A stretch of 64,000 bases of DNA from contig JADDPH010000091.1 of the NCBI GenBank assembly GCA_016781925.1, positions 33,017 through 97,016 of the forward strand. Direction: 5' to 3'. Below the pieces are notes generated by a model. The model was not told the origin of the DNA, did not search any database, and was given only the letters and a program-made list of their open reading frames with translations. The stretch is from Sphaerobacteraceae bacterium. Its GTDB lineage: Bacteria; Chloroflexota; Chloroflexia; Thermomicrobiales; UBA6265. Numbering within the stretch: position 1 is the stretch's first letter; the number at the start of each line of letters is the position of its first letter. Of this stretch, positions 1 to 10,027 are shown piece by piece. The position numbers were made by a program, and so were the translations under genes.

Positions 1-308
1 GTCATGGCAAGAATCATGAGTGCGGTGCCGCCGGGGCCATACCCCTCATAGAAAATCTCGTCGAACTGGTCGACCGTGGAATCGCCCGAACCCCGCTCAA
101 TGGCCCGGTCGATATTCTCCTTCGGCATGTTCTCGGTACGCGCTTTTTGTACGGCCAGGCGGAGGCGAAAGTTGGCCTCGGGATCAGGAAGACCGGCACG
201 CGCAGCGACCGTGATTTCACGGGCGAGTTTGGTGAAGAGCTGTCCACGCTTGGCGTCGGCAGCACCCTTTTTTCGCTTAATCGTTGACCACTTTGAGTGC
301 CCAGACAT
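1..308 (-). CDS. yebC: YebC/PmpR family regulator (partial, runs off window start)
   Basis: Manual translation from ATG at 308 gives [37 protein letters not shown], the diagnostic YebC N-terminus; absent from the ORF track because it has no stop in the window. Confidence 0.93.
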   Translation of the reverse strand, partial: MSGHSKWSTIKRKKGAADAKRGQLFTKLAREITVAARAGLPDPEANFRLRLAVQKARTENMPKENIDRAIERGSGDSTVDQFDEIFYEGYGPGGTALMILAM

Positions 309-410
309 AGGCGAAACGCCCCCTTGATTTCGTCACCATCTACGGCCTGAAAGTATAGCACCGGCCTCCCCGTCGCCCCGGGTGAGCACGAAATACCGGG
401 CGTCAACCGC

Positions 411-439
411 TTGAAATGTGCGTAAAACTCGGCTACACT
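411..439 (+). promoter_or_regulatory. Sigma-70 promoter upstream of rpoD leader
   Basis: TTGAAA(411-416)-17 nt-TACACT(434-439). Confidence 0.65.
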
Positions 440-485
440 CGCCTTCGCTTGCTTTCGGAGGTCATCAGCGCTGTGGGGGAGGTTC

Positions 486-530
486 ATGGAAACCTACCGG
501 TCCAGTCGTCGCTGTCCCACGATCTGCTAA
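486..530 (+). CDS. Putative 14-aa leader peptide METYRSSRRCPTIC
   Basis: Strong SD GGGGGAGG just upstream of ATG 486, stop TAA 528-530, followed by a terminator-like hairpin. Confidence 0.4.
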   Translation: METYRSSRRCPTIC

Positions 531-537
531 CCCGGTC

Positions 538-569
538 ACCCCTCGCTCTTCGGCGCGGGGTTTTTGTTT
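538..569 (+). terminator. Terminator/attenuator-like hairpin in rpoD leader
   Basis: ACCCC-T-CGC / TCTTCG / GCG-C-GGGGT then TTTTGTTT; one internal mismatch. Confidence 0.5.
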
Positions 570-649
570 GCCATCTTCCCTTTGTCGCGCAACGCCCCGT
601 GCCTCCTACCCCGCCGCGCTGCGCTCGCCTATGAGGTGGTGAAGCGTCC

Positions 650-1783
650 ATGGTTACGAGCCTGATCACCAAGGGTAAAAACCAGGGTTACCTGCTCTCA
701 GACGAGATCATCGCGGCATTTCCAAATCCCGAAGAGCAGATTGAGGTCCTTGACGACCTGTACTCGTCCTTAGTCGCCGAAGGCATTGAGGTCCTCGATC
801 AGGCGCCGGTGAAACCGGCCGGCAAGGTCAAGGAGACGGCTACCGAACGCCATGAGCCGGACGATGCCATGGCGGCGGGCGTCGGCGACTCTGTGCGGCT
901 CTATCTCCAGGAGATCGGCGAGACCGACCTCTTGACGATGCAGGAGGAAGTCTGGCTCGCCAAGCGGATGGAGCGGGGAAAACTCGCTGAGCAGCGCCTC
1001 CTCCTCGACGTGCTAAGCCTCGAGACACGGGAGTCACTGGAAGCCGACCAACTGGACGGCGACCGCGCGCGGGCTCATCTGATCCAGGCGAATCTGCGCC
1101 TCGTCGTGTCTGTGGCAAAGAAGTACGTGGGCCGTGGCCTCTCCTTCCTCGATTTGATCCAGGAAGGCAACATCGGTCTCATGAAGGCTACCGACAAGTT
1201 CGATTACACCCGCGGGTACAAGTTCAGCACCTACGCGACGTGGTGGATTCGGCAGGCCATCACCCGGGCAATCTCCGACCAGAGCAGAACTATTCGTCTC
1301 CCGGTCCATGTCGGTGAAACGATCAACCGCGTCAAGAAAATCGGCCACCGGCTTCAGCAGATCCTTGAGCGCGAGCCAACTCAGGAAGAGATTGCCCGCG
1401 CGATGGACATCTCTGACGAGAAAGTCCGCCAAGTCCTGGACGTTGCCCGGCACCCTGTCTCCCTGGAGGCTCCCGTGGGCCAAGATGGAGACGCCTTCTT
1501 GGGAGATTTTATTGAGGACGAGACCATGCCGGCACCGTTGGAGGTTGCATCCCAGCAGCTCCTCCGGTCGCAGATCGGGGACGCCTTAAACAAGTTGACG
1601 GAGCGGGAGCGGAAGATCATTTTGCTCCGTTTCGGTCTTGAAGACGGACGCTTCCGGACGCTTGAAGAGGTGGGGCGCGAGTTCGGCATCACCCGTGAGC
1701 GGATTCGGCAGATCGAGGCAAAGGCTCTGCGAAAGCTCCGCCATCCTACCTACAGTCGCAAGCTCCGGGGATATCTCGAGTAG
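650..1783 (+). CDS. rpoD: RNA polymerase sigma-70 factor, group 1 (RpoD/SigA type)
   Basis: Short region 1.1, [54 protein letters not shown]...TRERIRQIE. Confidence 0.92.
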   Translation: MVTSLITKGKNQGYLLSDEIIAAFPNPEEQIEVLDDLYSSLVAEGIEVLDQAPVKPAGKVKETATERHEPDDAMAAGVGDSVRLYLQEIGETDLLTMQEEVWLAKRMERGKLAEQRLLLDVLSLETRESLEADQLDGDRARAHLIQANLRLVVSVAKKYVGRGLSFLDLIQEGNIGLMKATDKFDYTRGYKFSTYATWWIRQAITRAISDQSRTIRLPVHVGETINRVKKIGHRLQQILEREPTQEEIARAMDISDEKVRQVLDVARHPVSLEAPVGQDGDAFLGDFIEDETMPAPLEVASQQLLRSQIGDALNKLTERERKIILLRFGLEDGRFRTLEEVGREFGITRERIRQIEAKALRKLRHPTYSRKLRGYLE

Positions 1784-1818
1784 CGATCGGGGTCTCAATC
1801 ACCGAGCTAAATCGAACA

Positions 1819-1850
1819 GCGGCGGGGCGCCTTCAGCCCCGCCGTTCTTC
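1819..1850. terminator. Hairpin between convergent rpoD and fabF
   Basis: GCGGCGGGGC-gccttca-GCCCCGCCGT then TCTTC; the fabF stop codon lies in the loop. Confidence 0.6.
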
Positions 1851-3095
1851 GTATCTGGCAAGGATGAGCGAGACGTTATGTCCTCCGAAACCAAGTGAAT
1901 TGCTCATGACCGTCCGGAGCGGCAGCGACCGAGCCGTGTTGGGGACATAGTCAAGGTCGCACTCGGGATCGGGAACCTCGTAGTTGATTGTCGGCGGTGC
2001 GCACTGATCGCGAATGGCACAGAGTGAGAAGACAGCCTCCAGGGCACCTGCCCCACCGAGCAGGTGCCCAGTCATCGACTTCGTCGAACTCACCGGGAGG
2101 TGGGTTGCTTCGTCACCAAAGACTGCCTTGATCGCCGCTGTCTCGAGCTTTTCGTTGAGTTGCGTGGATGTTCCATGGGCATTGAGGTAGTCGATTTCAT
2201 CAGGCGGAACGTCCGCGTCGCTGAGCGCAAGACGCATCGCCCGAACCGCTCCCTCACCCCCAACGGCGGGCTGAACTTTGTGATAGGCGTCATCGGTGGC
2301 ACCGTAGCCGACGAACTCACCGAGGACGGGGGCGTCGCGAGCAACGGCGTGCCCGAGCTCTTCCAGGACCAGCATAGCCGCCCCCTCGGCGAGCACAAAA
2401 CCGTCCCGCCCCGCGTCGAATGGCCGGCTGGCCTCCTGCGGGCGCTCGTTGAGGGTCGAGAGGGCACCCATCGCGTTGAAGCCGGCGACGCTGAGGGGCG
2501 TGACCAGCGCCTCGGCTCCTCCAGCCAGCATCACATCGGCGCGCCCTTCGCGGATCATGAGGGCCGCTTCACCGAGTGCGTGTGCCGCGCTTGCACAGGC
2601 TGAGACGGTAGCAAAGTTGGGTCCCCTGGCTCCCACGGCAATCGCCACGTCGCCAGACGCCATGTTGGGCAGCATCATTGGCATGAAGAAAGGATTCAGC
2701 CGTCCTGGCCCTTGCCGCATGAGGGTCTCGGCGCCGTGCTCGATGGTTTCCATCCCTCCCATCGCCGTGCCCACCAGGACACCGAATCGGTCGGGCGACG
2801 CGCCGCCAGGCGCCAGCCCCGCCGCGCTCATTGCCTCTAGGCTTGCGGCCACGGCGAACTGGGCGTATCGGTCCATCCGGCGGGACTCCTTGCGGCCGAC
2901 GATCGCTGCCGCATCGAAGCTCTTCACCTCCCCGGCGAACCGGGTTTCATGTTTGCTGGCATCGAACCGGGTGATGCTGGCGATGCCGGAGCGACCAGCA
3001 CGCACGGCCTCCCAGTTCTCGGCCACCGTGTTGCCGGTCGGCGCGATGGCACCAGTCCCGGTCACCACCACCCGCCGTCGGGTTGTCGTCGCCAT
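1833..3095 (-). CDS. fabF: Beta-ketoacyl-ACP synthase II
   Basis: RRVVVTG start, SACAS catalytic Cys, NAHGTST, TGHLLG, NSLGFGGHN; start moved to ATG 3095 after GGGGAG. Confidence 0.95.
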   Translation of the reverse strand: MATTTRRRVVVTGTGAIAPTGNTVAENWEAVRAGRSGIASITRFDASKHETRFAGEVKSFDAAAIVGRKESRRMDRYAQFAVAASLEAMSAAGLAPGGASPDRFGVLVGTAMGGMETIEHGAETLMRQGPGRLNPFFMPMMLPNMASGDVAIAVGARGPNFATVSACASAAHALGEAALMIREGRADVMLAGGAEALVTPLSVAGFNAMGALSTLNERPQEASRPFDAGRDGFVLAEGAAMLVLEELGHAVARDAPVLGEFVGYGATDDAYHKVQPAVGGEGAVRAMRLALSDADVPPDEIDYLNAHGTSTQLNEKLETAAIKAVFGDEATHLPVSSTKSMTGHLLGGAGALEAVFSLCAIRDQCAPPTINYEVPDPECDLDYVPNTARSLPLRTVMSNSLGFGGHNVSLILARYEERRG

Positions 3096-3507
3096 CTCCC
3101 CGCTCCCCTCCCCTGCCTGCTGACGAAAGAATAAGGTACCCGATCGGGAGCATCTCCGACGTGCATCAGGGCCCGCTATCAGCCTCACCTCCGACGCCAG
3201 CTGGGTGCCGAGTATCACCGCTGCGTGGAGCCCGATCCTGCGAGGGCAGCGCTCACACCTCCTTGTTGAGCCCTCTCCCACATGCTACCCTCGCGCCGTG
3301 GCTGACCCTGCGGTGCTCGTGATGATCTACGTGGTCTTGAGCCAACAGAATGAGAGTCGGGAGCTGCTCCCCGGGCGGTCCGCCGGCCGGGGCTGCGGTG
3401 CCCACCTGCGAAAGCAGGTTCAAGGCTCCGTTGCACACGGCACAGGCGGGGTCGGCCCGTTTTCCTCCTTGGACAATGGCTTTCAGGCGAAGATGCGCGG
3501 CCTCTGA

Positions 3508-4587
3508 ATGATTATTCTCATCCACGGACCTGACGCCTGGACCGCCCAAACCCACCTCCGAAGCGTCCTAGCGGAGTGCGAGCCTGGCGCTCCTGGTCCC
3601 ACTCACCTCGATGGTCGGACGATCACCCTCCCCCAGCTCATTGCCCAGGTGGGAACGGCTGGTTTTTTTGCCGCCCGTCGTGTGATCGTCATCCACGACC
3701 TCGTTGCTCGCGCCTCGCGTCCAGGGAAGTCGGGCGGTGCACCGGATGACACAGCAGCAAGCGACCACGAACCTCCGGCTGCCCTGGATCTCGCGCCACT
3801 CTTCGCCGCCACTCCGTCGGAGAACGTCCTTATCCTGATTGACTCAGATCTTTCCATCGTGCCGGCGCACGTCAAGCGCTCGCTCCCTTCCGATGCGCGG
3901 ATTCTGGCCGGCGAAGCGCCGCGCGGGCAGCAGTTGGTCGCCTGGGTCGTCAAGGCGGCAACGGAAGAGGGCGGCGTGATGGACGCTTCCGCCGCCCGCC
4001 TCCTCCTGAACCGCCTCTACCCGAACTCGTGGTCTACCAAACCCGCAAACCCGCGCTTTGATCGCCCGCCCGACCTTGAGCGTCTCCGAAACGACGTGGC
4101 TAAACTCGTCACCGCCGCTCACCCGGGAGCGGTCACCGCTCACCATGTCGATCTCCTTGTGGCCCAAGGGGACACGGATCAGATCTTTCGCTTCACCGAT
4201 GCGGTGGCACGCGCCGACCTCCCGGCGGCTTTAGACGAGCTAGCAAAGCTGCTGGATGCCGGGGAAGAGCCGTTTCGTCTAGCCGCCCAACTGCATCAGC
4301 AGGTCGAGCTTGCCGTGACTCTGAGCGCACCGGGAGCACCGAGCGATCCGGGGAGGATTGGCAGGGATCTCGGGTTGAGTAACCCGAATCGGATGGTCGG
4401 CATCGCAACCAGCCTCCGGGGTACAACGCCTCGGGCAACCCAAGCGGACCTCGTCCGGGCAACCCGGGTCGACCACCAGGCGAAGCGCGGGGAACTGCGT
4501 GACCCGGAAGATGTGCTGTACGAGATGGTGCTCGATCGGACTGGGACACACCGACGTGGTGAACACCACGAACGGGGCGGCAAGTAG
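3508..4587 (+). CDS. holA: DNA polymerase III delta subunit (divergent)
   Basis: MIILIHGPD start, FFAARRVIVI, LRNDVAKL, IFRFTDAV; convergent with rpsT, the usual holA/rpsT synteny. Confidence 0.8.
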   Translation: MIILIHGPDAWTAQTHLRSVLAECEPGAPGPTHLDGRTITLPQLIAQVGTAGFFAARRVIVIHDLVARASRPGKSGGAPDDTAASDHEPPAALDLAPLFAATPSENVLILIDSDLSIVPAHVKRSLPSDARILAGEAPRGQQLVAWVVKAATEEGGVMDASAARLLLNRLYPNSWSTKPANPRFDRPPDLERLRNDVAKLVTAAHPGAVTAHHVDLLVAQGDTDQIFRFTDAVARADLPAALDELAKLLDAGEEPFRLAAQLHQQVELAVTLSAPGAPSDPGRIGRDLGLSNPNRMVGIATSLRGTTPRATQADLVRATRVDHQAKRGELRDPEDVLYEMVLDRTGTHRRGEHHERGGK

Positions 4588-4601
4588 ATGCCGCCCCGTT
4601 C
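4570..4601. terminator. Bidirectional terminator-like hairpin holA/rpsT
   Basis: GAACGGGGCGGCA-agtaga-TGCCGCCCCGTTC, perfect 13-bp stem. Confidence 0.65.
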
Positions 4602-4637
4602 CAGATGCTCCCGATGGGGCTTTGAAGCCGGGGACGC

Positions 4638-4916
4638 CTACGCGGTCGCGGCCTGGCCCAGTTTGTTGAACTTCGTCATCAACCGCGACTTCCGGCGGGC
4701 CGCATTGTTCTTGTGGATGATGCCTTTGCCGGCAACACGATCTAACATGCTGATGGCGTCACCCACCGCCGTCGCCGCAACCGACTGGTCACCTGCCCTG
4801 ATGGCCAATTCCGCTTTCTTCACGAAGGTTCGCGCCGCCGACCGGTACGGCCGGTTCCTCGCACGGCGTCGTTCCGCCACCCGAATGCGCTTCCTCGCCG
4901 ACTTACTGTTGGCCAC
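4638..4916 (-). CDS. rpsT: 30S ribosomal protein S20
   Basis: MANSKSARKRIR...KGIIHKNNAARRKSRL. Confidence 0.97.
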   Translation of the reverse strand: MANSKSARKRIRVAERRRARNRPYRSAARTFVKKAELAIRAGDQSVAATAVGDAISMLDRVAGKGIIHKNNAARRKSRLMTKFNKLGQAATA

Positions 4917-5039
4917 CCTAATTCACCTCTCGCTGTTCGTCTTCATCTCTAAAGGCACGCCGCGACGCGGCGCTACCAGAACGCTCCCCCGATGGTATCA
5001 GACTTGGGGCTGGACCTCAAGGGCGGCGCACGCACCTCG

Positions 5040-6740
5040 ATGAGTGCCAGACCAAACGCATCCGCGGCCCGCTGCCCGGCCCCAAGCCCTGGCGCACGCC
5101 GGACCCTGACACCCTCAGAGGCCCCGGCGGGGAGAGCGTCGGCCGCCACGCGTTCGTCGCTGGTGCAGAGCGCGGCGATCGTCGGCGTGGCCTTTGTGGC
5201 TAGCCGGATTCTGGGCATGGTGCGGGAGATTATCGTCGCAGCCCGGTTCGGGACGAGCGGAGAGTATGGAGCGTACCTCGCCGCGTTCCGCATCCCGGAT
5301 TTGCTCTTCCTGGTGGTCATGGCCGGCTCCTTCGGCTCGGCCTTTATCCCAGTCTTCGCCGGTCAACTTGCCCGCAACCAGGACGAACGAGCCTGGAGAT
5401 TGGCTTCGGCGGTCATCAATCTCGCGACGGTGGCTATTCTGATCTCAGCGGCCGTCGTCTTCGTGCTCGCCGAACCGATCGTTCGCTATCTTGTGGCGCC
5501 GGGCCTCTCCCCGGAGCTTCAGCAGCTTGCCGCGCAGACGATGCGCATCCTGCTTCTCTCTCCGGTACTCCTCGGACTTGGCATCGCGGCAAAGGGCATC
5601 CTGGAAGCGCAAGACCGCTTCCTGCTGCCCGCCCTCGCGCCGCTCGTCTACAACCTGGGAATCATCATCGGAGCGCTCGTCCTCGCCCCATTCTGGGGCG
5701 TGTATGGTCTGGCAGCCGGCGTGGTCGCCGGTGCGCTCGGACACATGGGCATCCAGGTTCCCGGCCTCCTTCGCTCGGGAATGCGTTACACGAGACATCT
5801 CACGGTTCGCGTTGAGGGTCTCGCCGAGGTCGGCCGGCTCCTCCTGCCACGCGTTATCGGTCAAGCCGCATTCCAGGTCAACTTCATCGTCGTCACCTAC
5901 TTTGCCTCTCAAGTCGGCGACGATCGAATCGCCGCGCTGAATTACGCATGGCAGCTCATGATGTTGCCGCACGGGGTGCTCGCCCTCAGCATTTCCACGG
6001 TCATCTTTCCCTCCATGGCTCGCCTTTTTGAGGAGGGACGTATGACTGACATTCAAGGAACGTTCGCCCGCGCCCTGCGTCCGCTGCTCTTCCTGACACT
6101 GCCGGCGGCTGTGGCGCTTTTCGCCTTTCGGACAGCGGTTGTTCAAACCCTCTTTCAGTACGGCGCATTCTCGGCGGAATCAACGGCCCTCGTCGCGGAT
6201 CCCCTCGCCTTTCTTGCGCTTGGCCTCGTCTTCTACGCCCTCGTCGAGGTGCTGACACGGGCCTTCTACGCAATGCATGACAGCCGCACGCCCGTGATCG
6301 CCGGTCTCATCATCATTGGTATCAACGTGACACTCAGCTGGGCGCTCGTAGGCCCACTAGGTCACGCCGGCCTGGCCCTTAGTCTTGCCGTTACCACCGC
6401 CATCGAGGCGTGCATCCTGACGGTCGCCCTCACCCGCCGGCTCGGTGGCATCGGGGCGGGCTTCGGCTATTGGCTCACGCGGGTTCTCGCCGCTACCGCC
6501 GTGATGACAGCGACGGCAGCCATCATCTCCCAACCCCTCGCCGAGGCGACGGCTCCAGGGGCGGCACCCCGACTTGTTCAGTTTGCCCTCTTCACCCTGG
6601 GGCTCGGCATCACGGCGACCGCCTTCACCATCACCGCGGCGATCGCCGAACTGGAGGAGGTCAATCAGTTCGCGAGTCGAGGCATGGGGATCATCCGGCG
6701 CCTTGTTCGTGCCGCCATGGGAATGGCAGGGCGACGCTAA
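5040..6740 (+). CDS. murJ: Lipid II flippase MurJ (MviN)
   Basis: SRILGMVRE, AFRIPDLL, SAFIPVF, RAFYAMHDSRTPV and many TM segments; start uncertain (4992 or 5040). Confidence 0.93.
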   Translation: MSARPNASAARCPAPSPGARRTLTPSEAPAGRASAATRSSLVQSAAIVGVAFVASRILGMVREIIVAARFGTSGEYGAYLAAFRIPDLLFLVVMAGSFGSAFIPVFAGQLARNQDERAWRLASAVINLATVAILISAAVVFVLAEPIVRYLVAPGLSPELQQLAAQTMRILLLSPVLLGLGIAAKGILEAQDRFLLPALAPLVYNLGIIIGALVLAPFWGVYGLAAGVVAGALGHMGIQVPGLLRSGMRYTRHLTVRVEGLAEVGRLLLPRVIGQAAFQVNFIVVTYFASQVGDDRIAALNYAWQLMMLPHGVLALSISTVIFPSMARLFEEGRMTDIQGTFARALRPLLFLTLPAAVALFAFRTAVVQTLFQYGAFSAESTALVADPLAFLALGLVFYALVEVLTRAFYAMHDSRTPVIAGLIIIGINVTLSWALVGPLGHAGLALSLAVTTAIEACILTVALTRRLGGIGAGFGYWLTRVLAATAVMTATAAIISQPLAEATAPGAAPRLVQFALFTLGLGITATAFTITAAIAELEEVNQFASRGMGIIRRLVRAAMGMAGRR

Positions 6741-6803
6741 CGGCCGCTCGACTATACTCCGTGAAGACCCTCTTGCCGTTCGTGGATCGAGAAACACCGC
6801 CGG

Positions 6804-8639
6804 ATGAGCGACCAGTACGTCAACGCGAATATTCGCAACTTCAGCATCATCGCCCATATCGATCATGGTAAGTCAACCCTCGCCGATCGCCTGCTTGAGC
6901 GGACGGAAACCGTCGCTCAACGAGAGATGGTCAACCAACTCCTCGACTCCATGGATTTGGAGCGGGAAAAGGGGATCACCATCAAGGCGCGGGCGGTTCG
7001 CATGCGCTACCGCGCGAAGGACGGCGAGGAGTACGAACTCAACCTGATCGACACGCCGGGCCACGTCGACTTCTCGTACGAAGTCAGCCGCAGCCTGGCC
7101 GCCTGTGAGGGAGCACTGCTCGTCGTCGACGCCGCCCAAGGCATCGAAGCCCAGACGATGGCCAATGTCTATCTCGCCCTTGAGCACGACCTCGCCATCG
7201 TGGCCGTGATCAACAAGATCGACCTCCCGAATGCTGACCCGGACCGTGTGGCGGAGGAAGTCGGGCAGTTCATCGGCCTGCTCGACGACGAGGTCGTCTT
7301 AGCCTCAGCCAAAGAGGGCCGCGGCATCGAAGATGTTTTAGAAGCCGTGGTGGCGAAGATCCCTGCCCCTAAGGGAAATGTCGAAGGGGCCACCCGGGCG
7401 CTGATCTTCGATTCTCACTACGATCCCTTCAAAGGGGTCATCGCATACGTCAAGGTCGTGGACGGTCGGATTGGCCGCAACGACCGGATCAGATTGATGG
7501 CGACCGGAAAACAGGCGGACATCCTGGAAGTCGGCTTCTTCTCTCCCGATATGCACGCCGCCGAGGAACTGACCACGGGCGAGGTTGGCTACGTGGCAAC
7601 CGGCCTGAAGGTGGTCAAGGACTGCCAAGTCGGCGATACGATCACGCTGGCCGCTGCACCGGCTAAGGAGCCGCTGCCGGGCTATCGTCCAGCGAAGCCG
7701 ATGGTGTTCGCGGGTCTGTACCCCGTAGACAGCGAGGCGTTTCCGCTCCTGCGGGACGCGCTCGAGCGCCTGCAACTCAACGATGCGTCCCTGACCTACG
7801 AGGCGGAGTCTTCCCTGGCCCTGGGATTCGGCTTTCGATGTGGTTTTCTTGGATTGCTCCACATGGAGATCATTCAAGAGCGCCTGGAGCGGGAATACGG
7901 GCTGGACCTCCTGGCAACGGCCCCGAGCGTCGAATATGAGGTGGTGCTCCGGGGAGGCAAGACGATTGCCGTCGACAACCCGGCCGACCTGCCATCCGGG
8001 GGCGAGATCGAGGAGATTCGTGAGCCCTGGATGAAGATCAACATCATCGTCCCGTCGCGATTCATCGGCGCGGTGATGGAGCTGGTCACAGGCCGCCGTG
8101 GCATCTACGAGGAGATGGTCTACCTGGACGAAGATCGCGTCCACCTCAAGTTTGAGATGCCCCTCGGTGAGCTCATCGTGGACTTCTACGACCAACTCAA
8201 GAGCCGGACTCAGGGTTACGCGTCGCTTGACTACACGTTCGCTGACCTTCGCGCCGCGGATCTCGTCAAACTCGACGTCCTCGTCAACATGGCGACAGTG
8301 GACGCCCTCTCCCTTATCACCCACCGGGACGACGCCTACTACAAGGGGCGCGAGTTGGTTCAAACGCTGCGCGGGTTGATCCCGCGGCAGATGTTTGACG
8401 TACCCGTCCAAGCCTCGATCGGCAGTCGGATCATTGCCCGGGAAACGATCCGCGCGATGCGCAAGAACGTGCTCGCGAAATGCTACGGCGGTGACGTTTC
8501 CCGAAAGCGAAAGTTGTTGGAAAAGCAGCGCGAGGGCAAGGCTCGGATGAAGGTCGTTGGGAGCGTGGAGATCCCGCAGGAAGCCTTCATGGCCGTCCTC
8601 AGTCTTGGCGGTGATAAGGCGCCGGCCGGGAAGGGATAG
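6804..8639 (+). CDS. lepA: Elongation factor 4
   Basis: [57 protein letters not shown]. Confidence 0.98.
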   Translation: MSDQYVNANIRNFSIIAHIDHGKSTLADRLLERTETVAQREMVNQLLDSMDLEREKGITIKARAVRMRYRAKDGEEYELNLIDTPGHVDFSYEVSRSLAACEGALLVVDAAQGIEAQTMANVYLALEHDLAIVAVINKIDLPNADPDRVAEEVGQFIGLLDDEVVLASAKEGRGIEDVLEAVVAKIPAPKGNVEGATRALIFDSHYDPFKGVIAYVKVVDGRIGRNDRIRLMATGKQADILEVGFFSPDMHAAEELTTGEVGYVATGLKVVKDCQVGDTITLAAAPAKEPLPGYRPAKPMVFAGLYPVDSEAFPLLRDALERLQLNDASLTYEAESSLALGFGFRCGFLGLLHMEIIQERLEREYGLDLLATAPSVEYEVVLRGGKTIAVDNPADLPSGGEIEEIREPWMKINIIVPSRFIGAVMELVTGRRGIYEEMVYLDEDRVHLKFEMPLGELIVDFYDQLKSRTQGYASLDYTFADLRAADLVKLDVLVNMATVDALSLITHRDDAYYKGRELVQTLRGLIPRQMFDVPVQASIGSRIIARETIRAMRKNVLAKCYGGDVSRKRKLLEKQREGKARMKVVGSVEIPQEAFMAVLSLGGDKAPAGKG

Positions 8640-8644
8640 CGACC

Positions 8645-10027
8645 GTGCCTCCAGCTATCACCGTGGTGGGCCTTGGGCCAGGGGAGCGTGGCGCCCGCAC
8701 CATCGCCGCGCAGCGGGCGCTGGACGCGGCGCAGCGTATCCTCCTCCGGACCCTCGTGCATCCCGGAATCGAGGACTTGCGGGCAGATCCCCGGGTCACC
8801 GCCTGCGACGATCTCTATGAAACGTCGCAAACCTTCGACGAGGTTTACAGCTCCATCGTGGAGCGGATCATCGCTCTGGCGCTTTCCGGCCCCTTGGTTT
8901 ACGCCGTGCCAGGGCACCCCTCCTTCGGCGAGCGGACGGTCGATCTACTGCGACGGAAAGCTCAGGAGGCGGCCCTCGACCTTGAGCTGCTCCCGGCTGT
9001 AAGCGCGCTGGACGTGATCGCCGCGACGACAGGCATCGATCCGTTCGCGTCAGAACTCCAACTACTCGACGGCGTGCTTCTCAGCCGCTTGGCAGAGCGC
9101 GACCCGTTTGCCGGCGGGCGCCTCGGTATCTATCCATACCGGCCCTGCCTTATCAGCCAGGTCTACGCGCCGGAGGTGGCCTCAGCCGTGAAGCTGGCCC
9201 TCACCCGGGTCTATCCGGATGACCATCCGGTCGAGGTGCTCCGGTCCGTGGGGATTCCCTCCCGAGAGGAGCGCCAGCACTGCGCCCTCTTTGAGCTCGA
9301 TCGTCAACACGTCGACCATCTCACGAGCGTCTACGTGCCTCCGATGGCCCCTCTTGAGGCACATCGAAGTCCAGCAACCCTCGCTCAGATCGTCGCCCGC
9401 TTACGAGCCCCTGCTGGTTGCCCATGGGACCGTGCACAGACCCATGCCTCGCTCCGCAACGCGTTAATCGAAGAAGCATATGAGGCGGTCGACGCGATCG
9501 ACGCCGGCGACCCCGGCAACCTCGCCGAGGAGTTGGGAGACCTCGTATTGCAGGCGGCCCTCCACGCTCAAATTGCGGAAGAGGCGGGAGAGTTCACATT
9601 TGAGGATGTCCTGGAACAGGTGAGCACGAAGTTGCTTCGCCGCCATCCCCACGTCTTCGGAGATGAATTTGCCTCCACCCCCTCTGACGTGGTCAAAACG
9701 TGGAACCAGGTGAAAGCCGAAGAGCGGCGGGCGCGAGGTGAGACCGTCCCTATCGTCGATAAGACTGAGCGCCTCCCCCGCTCCATGCCCGCCCTAACCA
9801 GAGCCACTCGCGTGCTCAGGGCAGAGCGGCCCGTTGCCGCTCCCGGGGAGCCGTCGTCCACGGATGATTTCGGGGAGCAACTGCTGAACGTGGTGGCGCG
9901 AACCGTGGCCAGCGGTCGAGACCCCGAGAGCGAGTTGGACCGGGCATTGCGGTGCCACCTGGCGAAGGCAGGCCACTGTGATGGGTCACCGTCACCGGCC
10001 GCCTCAGAGGAGATGAATCGATCGTGA
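8645..10027 (+). CDS. mazG: Tetrapyrrole-methylase-like/MazG fusion (YabN-like nucleoside triphosphate pyrophosphohydrolase)
   Basis: N-terminal ITVVGLGPG...YAVPGHP; MazG core LRAPAGCPWDRAQTH, EEAYE, EELGDL, KLLRRHPHVF. Confidence 0.88.
   Translation: MPPAITVVGLGPGERGARTIAAQRALDAAQRILLRTLVHPGIEDLRADPRVTACDDLYETSQTFDEVYSSIVERIIALALSGPLVYAVPGHPSFGERTVDLLRRKAQEAALDLELLPAVSALDVIAATTGIDPFASELQLLDGVLLSRLAERDPFAGGRLGIYPYRPCLISQVYAPEVASAVKLALTRVYPDDHPVEVLRSVGIPSREERQHCALFELDRQHVDHLTSVYVPPMAPLEAHRSPATLAQIVARLRAPAGCPWDRAQTHASLRNALIEEAYEAVDAIDAGDPGNLAEELGDLVLQAALHAQIAEEAGEFTFEDVLEQVSTKLLRRHPHVFGDEFASTPSDVVKTWNQVKAEERRARGETVPIVDKTERLPRSMPALTRATRVLRAERPVAAPGEPSSTDDFGEQLLNVVARTVASGRDPESELDRALRCHLAKAGHCDGSPSPAASEEMNRS

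Noticed and set aside
3215-3265. AAGGAGG followed by a short ORF in the fabF upstream region
   Set aside because: SD-to-GTG spacing is only 1 nt and the peptide is featureless.
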